DNA from: a virus
Taxonomy: Duplodnaviria; Heunggongvirae; Uroviricota; Caudoviricetes
DNA length: 35,661 bases
Virus record (IMG/VR): IMGVR_UViG_2554235304_000012
Direction: 5' to 3' (one strand)
In this document: positions 34,687 through 35,661 of the stretch, in pieces
Layout of the letters: each line of letters opens with the position of its first letter
Position numbering within the stretch: position 1 is the first letter of the stretch
Notes under the pieces: generated by a model
What the model was told of the DNA's origin: nothing
What the model saw: the letters and a program-made list of their open reading frames with translations, nothing else
Databases searched by the model: none
Program-made: the position numbers and the translations under genes

Positions 34687-35661
34687 ATGAGCATAAAATC
34701 AATTCCGGGAGGGTATCTTCTTGACATGCGCCCTGAGGGGCGTAAAGGCAAACGCATTCGCAAAAAATTTAAAACGAAATCGGATGCAGTTTTATATGAG
34801 CGGTGGGTGCTGGCGCAACAGCATAACAATGAGTGGAAAGGAAACTCCATTGATCGCCGTCCGCTGTCGGTGCTTATTGACTTGTGGTGGAAATACCACG
34901 GCCAGCTAATGAAGTCAGGGCATAACACGCGCCTTAAATTGCTGCGCTTGAGTGAGGCAATGGATGACCCGTGTGTGCATAAACTTAATACAACGATGCT
35001 CACCGAGCTACGTGTGTCCAGGATAGAGCAGGGGATACAGCCCAGCACCATTAATCGAGAGATTGGGGCGTTAAGCGCGATGTTTACCGCACTCATCTCA
35101 TCCGGCCATTTTCTTAACGATAACCCCGTTCAAGGCCTTAAAGGAATGAAGGTTAACGAGCGCGAAATGGGATATCTGAGTAAGTCTGAATGTGTTCAGT
35201 TGCTGGATGCACTGGCTGAAAATCCCGATGAACGGCTGGCTGTCGAAATCCTTCTGTCGACCGGGGCGCGATGGGGCGAGGTAGCGGCACTGGAGCAGCG
35301 CCGTGTTCTTCATTGTCGAATCACTTTTTCAAAAACGAAGAACAGCAAAAACCGTACCGTTCCTATTTCTGAAAGCCTGTTTGAAAAGATCAAAAAACGG
35401 GGCGGGAAACTGGTGTTTCCGACGCTGGATTATCCATTGGTTCGCGATGTCATCAAAACGGTCGCACCTGATGTTCCTGACGGCCAGGCTGTTCATGCGC
35501 TGCGCCACACCTTCGCCAGTCATTTCATGATGAACGGCGGCAATATTCTGACGCTCCAGAAAATTCTGGGGCACGCAAAGATTCAGACAACGATGATTTA
35601 TGCCCATCTTGCGCCGGATTACTTGCAGGATGCGGTGAGATTTAATCCTATTGCTGGGTAA
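34687..35661 (+). CDS. int: Tyrosine integrase (P2 Int family)
   Basis: 324 aa from ATG 34687. C-terminal catalytic region with the tyrosine-recombinase signature (...GARWGEV...HALRHTFASHFMMNGGNILTLQKILGHAKIQTTMIYAHL). Stop is at the last base of the window. Confidence 0.9.
   Translation: MSIKSIPGGYLLDMRPEGRKGKRIRKKFKTKSDAVLYERWVLAQQHNNEWKGNSIDRRPLSVLIDLWWKYHGQLMKSGHNTRLKLLRLSEAMDDPCVHKLNTTMLTELRVSRIEQGIQPSTINREIGALSAMFTALISSGHFLNDNPVQGLKGMKVNEREMGYLSKSECVQLLDALAENPDERLAVEILLSTGARWGEVAALEQRRVLHCRITFSKTKNSKNRTVPISESLFEKIKKRGGKLVFPTLDYPLVRDVIKTVAPDVPDGQAVHALRHTFASHFMMNGGNILTLQKILGHAKIQTTMIYAHLAPDYLQDAVRFNPIAG

Noticed and set aside
1-35661. Search for tRNA, rRNA or CRISPR arrays
   Set aside because: No cloverleaf-like segments next to either prophage end and no regularly spaced short repeats were seen by eye; the only repeat families are the hix-like sites, the parC-like repeats and the operator half-sites.

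Overview
The window is almost entirely a P2-like (Peduovirus-type) prophage, running from the late activator ogr at the left (332-592) to the integrase at the right (34687-35661, stop at the last base of the window). No att site can be seen, so the prophage boundaries are not defined. All calls rest on reading the six-frame translations against remembered P2 protein families and motifs; no database search or computation was run. The structural genes are all present: P and Q on the plus strand, O-N-M-L-X, the lysis cassette and R-S-V-W-J-I-H on the minus strand, FI-FII-E-T-U on the plus strand, and D on the minus strand. The early region carries a P2 C-type repressor, a cox-like gene, several small ORFs and a 940-aa replication protein A. 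Five things stand out against this backbone. (1) An AT-rich two-gene cassette between cos and gene A encodes a AAA+ ATPase with a C-terminal HTH and a subtilisin-like S8 peptidase; this matches the IetAS architecture and sits in the P2 tin/old defence hotspot. (2) Next to it is an R1-type ParM/ParR partition module with parC-like repeats, unexpected in an integrative P2-like phage. (3) A Cin-family invertase controls a tail-fibre shufflon with three hix-like sites and three alternative fibre C-termini. (4) The FI-U tail module is inverted relative to canonical P2 order. (5) An AT-rich single-gene moron between D and ogr encodes a membrane-anchored protein of unknown function, and a hok/mok-like toxin locus lies at the extreme left. 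No tRNA, rRNA or CRISPR array was seen.
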